IMG/VR virus record: IMGVR_UViG_3300037483_000743
Span: 1-45,384 of that record
Reading direction: 5' to 3' (one strand)
Length of the DNA: 45,384 nucleotides
Origin: a virus
Taxonomy: Duplodnaviria; Caudoviricetes
Shown: positions 25,426 through 33,963 of the stretch, in pieces
Layout of the letters: each line of letters begins with the position of its first letter
Position numbering within the stretch: the stretch's first letter is position 1
Program-made: the position numbers and the translations under genes
Notes under the pieces: generated by a model
The model's database searches: none
Told to the model about the DNA's origin: nothing
Seen by the model: only the letters and a program-made list of their open reading frames with translations

Positions 25426-26387
25426 AGCCGCATCTCCCGGGATCCCTGCCTGGCCAGTTCAGCCGCCTCACGCATCTGTTTCCGGATGGCCTCCTTCTCC
25501 TCAGGCGTCAGTGGCGGGGGTGGTGGCTCCGGTTCCACAGGTTCCCGTGGCTCCGGCGTCTGCAGGTGCAGCTGCTTGACGAAGGCTTGCAATGCGCTGC
25601 GCAGGTTGGTCTCCACCGCCCCATCCAGGGCCTTCATCCGGAGCTGCTGTATCGCCTCCGCCAGATCCGCCCGGGGGAAGGCGGCGCCGAGCGTGGCGAG
25701 GTCCGCCCGATCGTCTGTGGGGCTGCGCATCCAGCCCGGGACCTCCCACAGCTCGAGTAGCAGGGCGTCCATGGGGTCGTCGTCATCGATGGGGTCAGGG
25801 GTCGCCGGGGTTTCCTCCGGGGGTTGATCATCAATGCTGCTGCTGCGCTCTTCGGTGGCTGACTCCGCCTCGCGCGCGACGGCAGCAGCATCTTCTTTAG
25901 GAAGGTCTGTCCTGTCTGTCTGTCCTGTCTGTCTGTCTGTGGCCCCACACGTGTCTTGCACGTGCGCTGCACGTGCGCTGCACGTGGTGTCCACGTGTCC
26001 AGAACTGGCCTCCTCTGCAGCCGCCTTTTCGGCCTCCTTCCGCTCCTTTTCTCGAGCCTCACGCATGCGCTTCGCGTTGGCTTCGCGACGTCGGTGGAGC
26101 TTCTCTCCGTAGTCTCGCCAGTCGTGCAGATGGAGTCCATCCATGAACCCCGCATCCTGCAGGCCCTTGATGAGTTTCTTGGGGTCTCCGTCGTACTCGA
26201 TACCATCGGCCACGTCCGCCGGGTCGAAGTCGGAGAGGTCGCCATCGGGTGCGTAGTCCATCGCCCACCACCAGAGACAGTGCAGCAGTCCCAGTGTGGC
26301 GTGCATGTCGATCCCGAGGCCGCGGGAAAGCCGCCGGCGCTTGGGATGCTCCCGCAGCGCAGCGTGGGACTCGATCCACTCAGCCAT
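25422..26387 (-). CDS. Replication initiator / replisome organizer
   Basis: WI..H..L..HPK...L...G.L..LW.WA...DG N-terminal wHTH, lhdW..Y motif, low-complexity linker containing iterons. Confidence 0.75.
   Translation of the reverse strand: MAEWIESHAALREHPKRRRLSRGLGIDMHATLGLLHCLWWWAMDYAPDGDLSDFDPADVADGIEYDGDPKKLIKGLQDAGFMDGLHLHDWRDYGEKLHRRREANAKRMREAREKERKEAEKAAAEEASSGHVDTTCSARAAHVQDTCGATDRQTGQTDRTDLPKEDAAAVAREAESATEERSSSIDDQPPEETPATPDPIDDDDPMDALLLELWEVPGWMRSPTDDRADLATLGAAFPRADLAEAIQQLRMKALDGAVETNLRSALQAFVKQLHLQTPEPREPVEPEPPPPPLTPEEKEAIRKQMREAAELARQGSREMRL
25906..25997. repeat. Putative origin: five CACGTG palindromes at an 11-bp period plus a TCTG/CCTG tract
   Basis: CACGTG at 25948, 25959, 25970, 25981 and 25992; tctgtcctgtctgtctgtcc... 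at 25906-25940. Confidence 0.7.
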
Positions 26388-26619
26388 TCGCTTCCTCCGC
26401 CGTGAGTGCCCGTGTAGCCAGTAGCAACCGACCGTCCTCTCCGGGGAACGTCTGGCGCACCCACGTCTGAAAGTCGACGTCCCCCTCGGGCCAAGCGTTC
26501 TCCCCGAGGGCCACTTTCGCCAGCTGTCCCGCTTTCACGACTTCGTAGACGGCCTCCGCGTAAGGCTCGTCGAGATTCACGATGATGTACAAACGCCCGG
26601 GCTTTAGTTCCTTCCTCAC
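26380..26619 (-). CDS. Hypothetical protein
   Basis: Coupled ORF; YIIVNLDEPYA..V motif. Confidence 0.65.
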   Translation of the reverse strand: MRKELKPGRLYIIVNLDEPYAEAVYEVVKAGQLAKVALGENAWPEGDVDFQTWVRQTFPGEDGRLLLATRALTAEEANG

Positions 26620-26828
26620 GTCCCCTCCTCACACCGGCACCCGCCGGCGCATCTGATCTCCCCACACCACCGGCACGTAATCCGCGCCTCGGGCCAGTTG
26701 TGGGTACCACCACAGAGCGAGCAGACTCCCGTCAGCCTCCCCAGGTCCTCCGGCACCTCCTTCGCGATCTCCCGCCTCTCCCGCAGGGCCCGAGCCCGGG
26801 CGGCGCTCCGTCCGACGTGGCGGATCAT
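26616..26828 (-). CDS. Small Cys-rich (zinc-finger-like) protein
   Basis: CSLC, CRWC and C.GGC.C motifs; ATGA coupling. Confidence 0.55.
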   Translation of the reverse strand: MIRHVGRSAARARALRERREIAKEVPEDLGRLTGVCSLCGGTHNWPEARITCRWCGEIRCAGGCRCEEGT

Positions 26829-27034
26829 GGGGTCACCGCTCTCTCCCGCGCCACCTCTGCCGCCGCGAGAGCGAGGATGGGCCAGCCGTCGGCGCCGAGG
26901 CACTTGCGGCGGGGTATGCTGTAGTGCAGGTCGCAGTTGCAACATGCGGGCTTGCCACTCCAAGGGGTAAATGTGTCGTAAGGCTTGAAGGCATCCCCGC
27001 CGCACGGCATGTCGATGTTCACGGGCCTACTCAT
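26825..27034 (-). CDS. Small Cys-containing hypothetical protein
   Basis: GGAGG RBS, ATG at 27034. Confidence 0.5.
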   Translation of the reverse strand: MSRPVNIDMPCGGDAFKPYDTFTPWSGKPACCNCDLHYSIPRRKCLGADGWPILALAAAEVARERAVTP

Positions 27035-27326
27035 CGGTCGCCTCCAGGGCGGCGAGGGCTTCTCTACCAGCGTCGAATGCGGCGTTACACAAGGCCAGGC
27101 GGGCGAAGAAGTCAGCCGACACGAATGGTCCCGCAGTTCTCTCTGCCTCATTCCATTTGCTGAACGCTTCAACTGCTAACCGCAGCTTCTCCACCTTCGC
27201 CTGCTCTTCGTAGAGGGCTTCCGCAAACTCCAAAACATACCCAGCCCACTTAGCATCTTCACCATGCCAGTTCTCAACCTTTGCCATCGCCAGTGTAATT
27301 AGGTGTGTTTTACGTTCCGGCGTCAT
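27027..27326 (-). CDS. Hypothetical protein
   Basis: Coupled ORF with RBS. Confidence 0.6.
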   Translation of the reverse strand: MTPERKTHLITLAMAKVENWHGEDAKWAGYVLEFAEALYEEQAKVEKLRLAVEAFSKWNEAERTAGPFVSADFFARLALCNAAFDAGREALAALEATDE

Positions 27327-27601
27327 TGCTCCACCTCCTCCACGTCATCGTCGGTGAGGTTGTAGGTGTCGATTGTGTTGCCTGTGTAGAAAGTGATTAC
27401 ACCGGGCTTCTCATCAAACTCCCGCGTGATCCGCCACTTGGGTTTGGGCGGGCCTTCCTGTAGCCATGCGATGAAGGCGGGGAGTTCCTCCAGTGGAATG
27501 CGAGCATCATTGGATATGAGGCATCGCACTGGGTTCGTCTTGCCTATCTTTCCCCAATACGTCGCCCCCGTTCCGCCTGGGTACCTCTTCGGGTTACTCA
27601 T
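27323..27601 (-). CDS. Hypothetical protein
   Basis: Coupled ORF with RBS. Confidence 0.6.
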   Translation of the reverse strand: MSNPKRYPGGTGATYWGKIGKTNPVRCLISNDARIPLEELPAFIAWLQEGPPKPKWRITREFDEKPGVITFYTGNTIDTYNLTDDDVEEVEQ

Positions 27602-27978
27602 CGCACCTCCCCTGCTTCACTGATAGTCACGATCGTCATCTCCTTCGGCCCCACGATCACGCGGGGACTCTCCGTGTGCACCAGGTCATGGGTGTCATCA
27701 GGCAGGTAGCCACAGGTCACGAGCACGTCCTGCAGGTCCTTCCAGAGGGGTATCGAGAGGTTGTCGCCGTCCCGCCTGCGCTCCGTCGTTGCTACGACCA
27801 CAGCGCGAAGCGTGATGGGTGTGTGCAGCGGCCGCGGACAGACGTTCCCCTTCTCTCTCAAGAGCGCCATCACGTCGCTCTGGAACGCCTGCCGGTGGCG
27901 CGCCTGCTTCGACCAGTGCAGGCGCATCCACGTGTTGAGTGACATGGGCTGGTAGGGCAGGGTGAGCACGTAGGTCAC
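27598..27978 (-). CDS. rusA: RusA-like Holliday junction resolvase
   Basis: LP..P.SLN...RRRD.DN....K.L.D.L...G.L.DD catalytic pattern. Confidence 0.75.
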   Translation of the reverse strand: MTYVLTLPYQPMSLNTWMRLHWSKQARHRQAFQSDVMALLREKGNVCPRPLHTPITLRAVVVATTERRRDGDNLSIPLWKDLQDVLVTCGYLPDDTHDLVHTESPRVIVGPKEMTIVTISEAGEVR

Positions 27979-28208
27979 AACAGCCTCTCCTGTACATAAC
28001 CCTCCACCACACCCTTAGCCTTCACTCCCACTCTCGCAACAAACTCCACTGGCGCCCACACCCCCGCCTCGATGTCGTCATAGAGCGCAGAACAGGCGTC
28101 TTCGGCTTCCTTGTGGGCGGCGTCGTCGGGGATACCCTCAACCTTGAATCGAACCCGCTTGGTGTTGTAGACCTCGCGGATGGTGAGAGTGATGAGGTCG
28201 TCGCTCAC
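27975..28208 (-). CDS. Hypothetical protein
   Basis: Coupled ORF. Confidence 0.55.
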   Translation of the reverse strand: MSDDLITLTIREVYNTKRVRFKVEGIPDDAAHKEAEDACSALYDDIEAGVWAPVEFVARVGVKAKGVVEGYVQERLL

Positions 28209-28567
28209 GAGAACTCGCCGAGGATAACTCCACGCTTCTGCGGAGCGCTTCTCGCGAACACCAGTTGCCGCTCCGACTCAGCCAAGATGCGATCGACCAC
28301 CACGGGAACCACGGCATATCCCAACAACCGTAGCCGTCTCAACTCTGACTCTGAAAACCAACTGTAGAGTTGGTTGAGAGTTCTGAACCCACACCCCATC
28401 CACTCGCCGTGCATCCTCTCGTTGAGTAAGCCGAGTCCGAACTCTTCCATCCACGTAGGCTGCCCAACGCCATCCCGATCGGGGTCTATCCATGTTGCGC
28501 TGAACCCAGGTTTGTATGGACCCCGCCCCTCTCTGTCTTGTACGCGGTAGACGATCAAGCCGCTCAT
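28205..28567 (-). CDS. Hypothetical protein
   Basis: Coupled ORF; VYRVQD..GRGPY...CGF....L..WF pattern; lower GC. Confidence 0.6.
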   Translation of the reverse strand: MSGLIVYRVQDREGRGPYKPGFSATWIDPDRDGVGQPTWMEEFGLGLLNERMHGEWMGCGFRTLNQLYSWFSESELRRLRLLGYAVVPVVVDRILAESERQLVFARSAPQKRGVILGEFS

Positions 28568-28761
28568 GCCTGCAACCATTTCCGCAATCTCTCATCCTCT
28601 TCCCGCGTCACCTCATACCTCCCGAACTTGCGCGCGTCGGCGCTTGACGGTGAGAAGCCCCAGATGGCGGCCAACTCGCGGCAGGTGAACTCTTCGAGGA
28701 TGTGTTCGATGGGGCGGAAAAGGAGTTCCTCGTTGGTGTAGAGACGGCGACGGCGGGACAT
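28564..28761 (-). CDS. Small HTH-like protein
   Basis: TCRELAAIWGFSPSS helix-turn-helix-like segment. Confidence 0.45.
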   Translation of the reverse strand: MSRRRRLYTNEELLFRPIEHILEEFTCRELAAIWGFSPSSADARKFGRYEVTREEDERLRKWLQA

Positions 28762-28762
28762 G

Positions 28763-29131
28763 TCACGCGTCCCCGTCCACGTACTCGAACTCGATGCGGT
28801 TGACCCACGCCAGGTGCGATAGATTCGGATCGAAACCGTTGGCACGACAGAACATGTCGATGAAGCCGTTGGGCGTCAGTTCGGGAAACCCCTCTCTAGC
28901 GCACTCTTCCGAGCCGTACTCAAAGAACGTATCGAGCGGCTCCCAATCCACCCGGAGCACCCGTATCACCCCCAGCCGCACGACCTTCTCGCCCTTCCTC
29001 AGCCCCTGCGCCTTCTCCACCGCGCACAGCAGTGTTCCGGGCTTTAGGTGCCACCAGGCTTGCCGCCGGGTGACGGTCTTGGTGCGATTGCGGATAGCAT
29101 CAGGCGTCATGCTGAAACTCATGTTTCTCAC
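28763..29131 (-). CDS. ASCH/PUA-like domain protein
   Basis: MSF......I....KTVTRR..W..LKPG...EGF...FI..F...RIEF motif. Confidence 0.75.
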   Translation of the reverse strand: MRNMSFSMTPDAIRNRTKTVTRRQAWWHLKPGTLLCAVEKAQGLRKGEKVVRLGVIRVLRVDWEPLDTFFEYGSEECAREGFPELTPNGFIDMFCRANGFDPNLSHLAWVNRIEFEYVDGDA

Positions 29132-29589
29132 TCGTCACTCCATATCCCGCCCGTGACGTGAAGCGCCGCCACGTCGTCAACCGCGATCCCGGGGAGGCCT
29201 TCTTTCTCCCACCAGGTCATCTTGTCGTCCCCTGCGCCCACGCTCCGTTTCTTCCAGCCGGTGCCGAGCTTCTTGAAGTGGCCCGTCACCGCGCACTCGA
29301 CAACCGCGCCCACCTCGAGGTCGCCGTCGAGCAGCTCCAGGAAGCGCCCCACGCTCATCTCAACGCTGCCCGCGAAGGCCAGTTTGACCATGGGGATGTC
29401 CTTGCGCTTGACGGGCGGGAAAACGGTGTCTGAGAGGGTGGGTTGCACGGGCATGGTGACGCTCACGCCGCCGGACTCGAGTGTGATGGTGGACTCTTCC
29501 ATGGGTTCCTCCTTCGGCCCACAGCGGTAACAGGGGCTCGTGTCGGTTCGGATTCCGGGGTGGGTGGGGCAGGTTGCCGCGCGGCTCAC
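29128..29589 (-). CDS. Hypothetical protein (optional N-terminal CxxH/CxxC segment)
   Basis: GTG at 29589 coupled to the upstream stop; an internal in-frame ATG (MEESTI) also has a GAGGA RBS. Confidence 0.55.
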   Translation of the reverse strand: MSRAATCPTHPGIRTDTSPCYRCGPKEEPMEESTITLESGGVSVTMPVQPTLSDTVFPPVKRKDIPMVKLAFAGSVEMSVGRFLELLDGDLEVGAVVECAVTGHFKKLGTGWKKRSVGAGDDKMTWWEKEGLPGIAVDDVAALHVTGGIWSDE

Positions 29590-29903
29590 CTGCGGCCTCT
29601 CTTGTAAGCACGTCCTCCGAGTCCCCCTTGATTTGCGTAACGGCTTAATTCGCCGAAGATGAGGCAGAGGCCCTTCGCCCCAAGATTGGGGACCCACATC
29701 AGGTCACGCACGGTGGCGTCGAGCAGTTCGTCGATCGTCTCGATGCCCCCCCGGGATAGGGCACCCCAGACTTGTGTGGGCTCGTCCATGCACAGGTGCT
29801 CTAGGAGGTAGTCTGCCGCGGCGTCGCCGCACTCATCGCGGATCTCCTCGACAGCCTCGAGAATGTCCGCCTTGATCCGCTCATAGACAGCCCTTTCGCT
29901 CAC
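29586..29903 (-). CDS. RNA polymerase alpha C-terminal domain-like protein
   Basis: AL.R.GIETI.EL......DL..VPNLG.KG...I...L matches the alpha-CTD HhH pattern. Confidence 0.7.
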   Translation of the reverse strand: MSERAVYERIKADILEAVEEIRDECGDAAADYLLEHLCMDEPTQVWGALSRGGIETIDELLDATVRDLMWVPNLGAKGLCLIFGELSRYANQGGLGGRAYKRGRR

Positions 29904-32209
29904 GCCACCACCTCCACTCTTGATAGCCCGTTCTCCCCGCGGCTCACCACGATCTGCTGAGGCATGGCATCTTTCAGGTCGTCGTAATGAGTGAGCAACA
30001 AGGTGATACCGAAACTCTCGCTCATGCGCTCCAGGATCCGCGCTAGGTGCGCGCGGCCGGGGGCGTCGAGCCCCTCTGGCTCGTCGACAATCAATGTCGA
30101 TACCCTGGCCCCTGAGCGGTGGGAGAGCAGCTGCGCGAGCCCCAGTCTCATGGCACTTGCCACCCGGTAGCGCTCGCCTCCCGAGAAGGTCTCGAAGGGC
30201 CTCCAGTCCTCCCCGTCGTAGACGATGATTTCCAGGGAATCCCGGGCTCCGGTCTTGGTGTCCTTGGTACTCTCGAAGCGCAGGGCCAGCGATCCTTCGT
30301 ACAGGCTCAGCAGCTCGTTGACTTCCTTCTCGAGCGCCAGGAGCACGTTGCCGACAATGAGCGCCGGCACGCCCCACTTCGAGAACGCCTTGCGCAGAAG
30401 CTCCGCGTCCGCCTGCTCCTGCTCCAGGCCCTTCGCCGCGGCCGCAATATCCGTCAGTGCCTCCCGGCTGGGGGCCAGCTGCGCGATCTCCCCCTCGATA
30501 CGGGCTACCGCTCTGTCGGCCTCCGCGTGTGCCTCCCGGGCCGACTTCAGCGTCGCCTCAACACTCTGCACCGCGTGCTCTGCCGCACGTAACGAGCCGG
30601 TGGCGCCCTGTGCCGCGCTGGCGGCCTCGCGGGCCTTGGTGAGGGCGTCTGCTAGGGCTGTATCCTCAAGGGCCGCACAGGCGCTCTCAACGTCGCGCTG
30701 CACCTCCGCCAGTCGCTCTTCGAGGACGGTGATCTCAGCCAGGCGGGCGGGGATCTCTGCGAGTTTGGCAAGTTCGCGCTCCACGTTGTCCAGCCTGCCT
30801 GGATCGTGCATCAGTCCGGGCACGGCGGCGAGCTCGGACTCGGCTGCTATCAGCTCCTCCCGCCGCTCCTGGCCCCGGTCCTGAGTGGCTATGAGGATCA
30901 CGCCGACGTCGGCCAGCTCTAGGGTCTTGGATTCGACGGCGTCGATTGCTGCGCCCTCACGTTTGATCGCCTCTGTCAACTCAAGGCCCAGGCTGTCCAG
31001 TGTGGCGGCCAGAGCCGCGTCTGCGATCTCCTGTCCGCAGCGGTCGCAGATCGGCGCCTGGGCATCCTGGATGCTGCGTATGCGGTTGCGAAGGCCTCCG
31101 GTCGTCCTGGTCGCTCTCTCTTGGGCCGCGCGAGCCTCGGTGCACTCGTCTTGTACCGAGCGCTTGCGCCGTTCTGCCTCGCGGTATTCATGCGTCGCCT
31201 CGTCGAGCCGGGCGCGCGCAGTGGTGAGCGCCTGGTCTAGTCGCCGCCGCTCCGCTTCTGTTGCCTGGTCTTGCTCCCGCTGCTGGCGTTCGAGATCCCG
31301 GATCGCCTCCAGGTCTGCCCGCGTCGCCAGTCGTGATTCCAGATCGACGCGATCGGAGACCCGTCGCCCCAGCCGGTCCCGTTCTTGAGTAAGCTCTTGC
31401 TCACGCGCTTCCAGGTTCGCACGGTGGTCGGTCAGCCTCGTCAGCTCGGCCTCGGCCCGCTCTATGCCGGCGGCATTCTCTCGGGCAAGGACCCGCACGG
31501 CGTTGGACTCAAACAGCTCCCGCTCGCGGTCCTCTGCGCGCTTCGCGTAGGTGTTCCGCTCGCCGCTCGCGAACAGCAGCGCCTCCTCCTTCTCTGCGAG
31601 TCGCCCGACCTCCCCTTCCAACCGCTCGACGTCCCGCCGGGCCGCCTCGAGGCTCGTCTTGGCTGAGTCGGCCAGTGTCTTGAAGTGCTTCTCGATCGGG
31701 CTGTACTGCTCGTCGAGTCGGAGGATGGAACCGAGGGACTCGAGTCGCTGAGCGGGGCGCAACGCGAAGAAGGAGCCCGCGTCACCCTGGCTCACGATGG
31801 CCGTCTGCAGCAGCGTGTCCTCGTCGCAGCCGAGGATCTGCCTCACCCGCTCCTCTGTGTCCCGAGCCCCGGTGCCCTCCGCCGCCCACAGTCCGCTATC
31901 GTCCTGGCGAGCGAGCTCCAAGGTGCTCTTGCCGGATCCCCGGGAAGACCGCGTCCGCGTGAGCCGGTAGGTCTCCCCGCCAGTGGAGAAGGTGAGCGCC
32001 ACCCGGCACTCCTCGCAGCCCTGGCGGATGAACTGGTCGAGGTTCCGCATGGTGCGCGCACCAGTTAGCGCAAAAGCGATCGCCTCCAGGATGCTGCTCT
32101 TCCCGGCGCCGTTCGGTCCGACCACCGAGGCCAGCTGCACCCCGGAGAGGTCGAGTTCGGCGTCCTGGTAGCTCTTGAAGTCGTGAATCTGTAGAGACTC
32201 AACCCTCAT
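29900..32209 (-). CDS. sbcC: SbcC/Rad50-like SMC ATPase
   Basis: Walker A GPNGAGKS, Q-loop, CDRC zinc hook, FSGGE signature, IVDE Walker B, TH switch. Confidence 0.92.
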   Translation of the reverse strand: MRVESLQIHDFKSYQDAELDLSGVQLASVVGPNGAGKSSILEAIAFALTGARTMRNLDQFIRQGCEECRVALTFSTGGETYRLTRTRSSRGSGKSTLELARQDDSGLWAAEGTGARDTEERVRQILGCDEDTLLQTAIVSQGDAGSFFALRPAQRLESLGSILRLDEQYSPIEKHFKTLADSAKTSLEAARRDVERLEGEVGRLAEKEEALLFASGERNTYAKRAEDRERELFESNAVRVLARENAAGIERAEAELTRLTDHRANLEAREQELTQERDRLGRRVSDRVDLESRLATRADLEAIRDLERQQREQDQATEAERRRLDQALTTARARLDEATHEYREAERRKRSVQDECTEARAAQERATRTTGGLRNRIRSIQDAQAPICDRCGQEIADAALAATLDSLGLELTEAIKREGAAIDAVESKTLELADVGVILIATQDRGQERREELIAAESELAAVPGLMHDPGRLDNVERELAKLAEIPARLAEITVLEERLAEVQRDVESACAALEDTALADALTKAREAASAAQGATGSLRAAEHAVQSVEATLKSAREAHAEADRAVARIEGEIAQLAPSREALTDIAAAAKGLEQEQADAELLRKAFSKWGVPALIVGNVLLALEKEVNELLSLYEGSLALRFESTKDTKTGARDSLEIIVYDGEDWRPFETFSGGERYRVASAMRLGLAQLLSHRSGARVSTLIVDEPEGLDAPGRAHLARILERMSESFGITLLLTHYDDLKDAMPQQIVVSRGENGLSRVEVVA

Positions 32210-32441
32210 GGTAGTGCCCTCCTGCGACCTTGACGGCCAGCTCGAACGCCTGCAGCATCAGCTGGAAGTCCTCCTGGGCGCTTGCCCTAATGCTCATGGG
32301 CACCTGGTCGGTGCGCTCTTCGAAGCGGTCCACTTCCTCTGCCAGCTGATAGAGGATGCGCCGGCCGTCCGGGGTCAGTCCGGGGATGGCGTCGATGGCG
32401 TCGAGGCGGGGTTGATCGAATGTGATTGGCGTGGGAGTCAT
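32199..32441 (-). CDS. Hypothetical protein
   Basis: Coupled ORF between sbcD and sbcC. Confidence 0.6.
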   Translation of the reverse strand: MTPTPITFDQPRLDAIDAIPGLTPDGRRILYQLAEEVDRFEERTDQVPMSIRASAQEDFQLMLQAFELAVKVAGGHYHEG

Positions 32442-32707
32442 TTCGCCCGCTCCTCTGCAGCGTCCTCGCGGACGTACTTTCGCTGCAGCCAGATCCTGTC
32501 GCCGCGCTTTAGAACGCGTACAGGGAAGCTGCCGCGACTGACAACCGAAGCCATCACGCTGTAAGCCCCTTTCCCGCTCTGTGCGCGCGTGTCCTCATGC
32601 CAAATCCACTCGGCCAGGTCGTCGCCGGACTCGAGGAACGAGTAGAGAATCGCTTGGATGGAACCTATGTGCGGGAGGTCACTCCTAGCCGCAGGTCGAA
32701 TACTCAT
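32438..32707 (-). CDS. Hypothetical protein (single copy of the domain duplicated in 24710-25219)
   Basis: FLESG...V.V.KRGDRIWL.R. Confidence 0.6.
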   Translation of the reverse strand: MSIRPAARSDLPHIGSIQAILYSFLESGDDLAEWIWHEDTRAQSGKGAYSVMASVVSRGSFPVRVLKRGDRIWLQRKYVREDAAEERAK

Positions 32708-33963
32708 GCCGTCACCGCCTCCACCGCGTCCTGTACCAGCCGGTCCAACCGCTCCCGCTGCGCTCCCGTGAGTCCCTGCCCGTCCGCGTACTCCTGCCAG
32801 CCCGTGAGCGCGTCCGTCTCCTCGGAGAGGGTGGACTCGCGCTCGGCGACCGTGTGCCGCAGCGTGGCGATGGGGCCGTGGACCTTGAGGGCGCCGCCGG
32901 CGTAGAGCGCGCGCCGGATCCCGGCGTGGTCGACGGCCCGGGCTTCCTCGGGCGTGACTTCGTAACGGACCCGGACTATGGCGCCGGGGAGGGAGCCGTT
33001 CAGGCTGGAGAGCTCAGACTCCCAGGCGGTCGGCTCCGCAAGTTCGAGGTCCACGAAGGGGCGGGGGGAACTGGAGCGCCACGTCACGTTGTAGTCGTCC
33101 TCGATGCCAGGGTCGCCTTCGTTCAGCTCAACCAGCCACCAGCCCTTGTCTTCTGTCGCTTCAGCGAAGTCGGTGCGCTCGATCGAACCCGAGTATCTGA
33201 TGCGACCGTCCCCTCCCGTCGCGTCTAGGATTTGAGCTCGGTGTAGGTGGCCCCACGCCTGGTACGCGAACGGCAGCCCCCGCAGTTCACTCAGCGGCAG
33301 CACCGGCTCCCGGAAGAACGCCGTGCTGCCGGCCGCGCCGACCACCGACCCGCCGATGGAGCCATGGGCGACCAGGAGCGAACCGAGCGGCCCGGCCTGG
33401 GCTTCCGCCTCGGCCCCGAGCTTCCTGAGCACCGCGAGGGAGAGATCGACGATGCGCTGGTTCTGCTCGTCGAGGGTCAGCTTCTCGAACTCGGGGTCGG
33501 CAGCCGCTAAGTGTGCCCGCGACGGCCAGGGAAAGCAGGCGATGGGAAGCCAGTGGTCGCCGCAAAGGAATGGCACCACGGTGGGCTGGTCTCGAAGTTC
33601 GACTCTGGTGTGGCAGTAGCCGTGGAAGATCTCCAGTGCGTGCGTTCGGCCCGGCTGGCGGGGCATGTCATGATTGCCCGTCACCCCTATGACGCTGATA
33701 TCGGCGTTGCAGAGCACGTCCAGCCCATCCCGAAACGCCTGCTGCTCCGTGGGCGTCGGCTTGCTGTCTCGAAACGCGTCCCCGGCGAACAGCACCAGGT
33801 CGACGCGCTCGGCCACCATCTGCTCACACGATCTGACCCAGGCATCCCGGAAGTCACGCAGGCGACTATTCACGCCGCCGCGGTCTTCGTCGCCGAGATG
33901 CCCGCCCGAGCCAAGGTGCGGGTCTGCGACGTGGGCGACGCGGAGGCTAGAACTGGACGTCAT
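32704..33963 (-). CDS. sbcD: SbcD/Mre11-like metallophosphoesterase nuclease
   Basis: ADPHLG, AGDAF, GNHD, AHG, GHLH and YSGS.ER.DF.E motifs. Confidence 0.92.
   Translation of the reverse strand: MTSSSSLRVAHVADPHLGSGGHLGDEDRGGVNSRLRDFRDAWVRSCEQMVAERVDLVLFAGDAFRDSKPTPTEQQAFRDGLDVLCNADISVIGVTGNHDMPRQPGRTHALEIFHGYCHTRVELRDQPTVVPFLCGDHWLPIACFPWPSRAHLAAADPEFEKLTLDEQNQRIVDLSLAVLRKLGAEAEAQAGPLGSLLVAHGSIGGSVVGAAGSTAFFREPVLPLSELRGLPFAYQAWGHLHRAQILDATGGDGRIRYSGSIERTDFAEATEDKGWWLVELNEGDPGIEDDYNVTWRSSSPRPFVDLELAEPTAWESELSSLNGSLPGAIVRVRYEVTPEEARAVDHAGIRRALYAGGALKVHGPIATLRHTVAERESTLSEETDALTGWQEYADGQGLTGAQRERLDRLVQDAVEAVTA

Noticed and set aside
25906-25997. CRISPR-like array
   Set aside because: The 11-bp period is far too short, there are no unique spacers and no cas genes; iterons explain it better.
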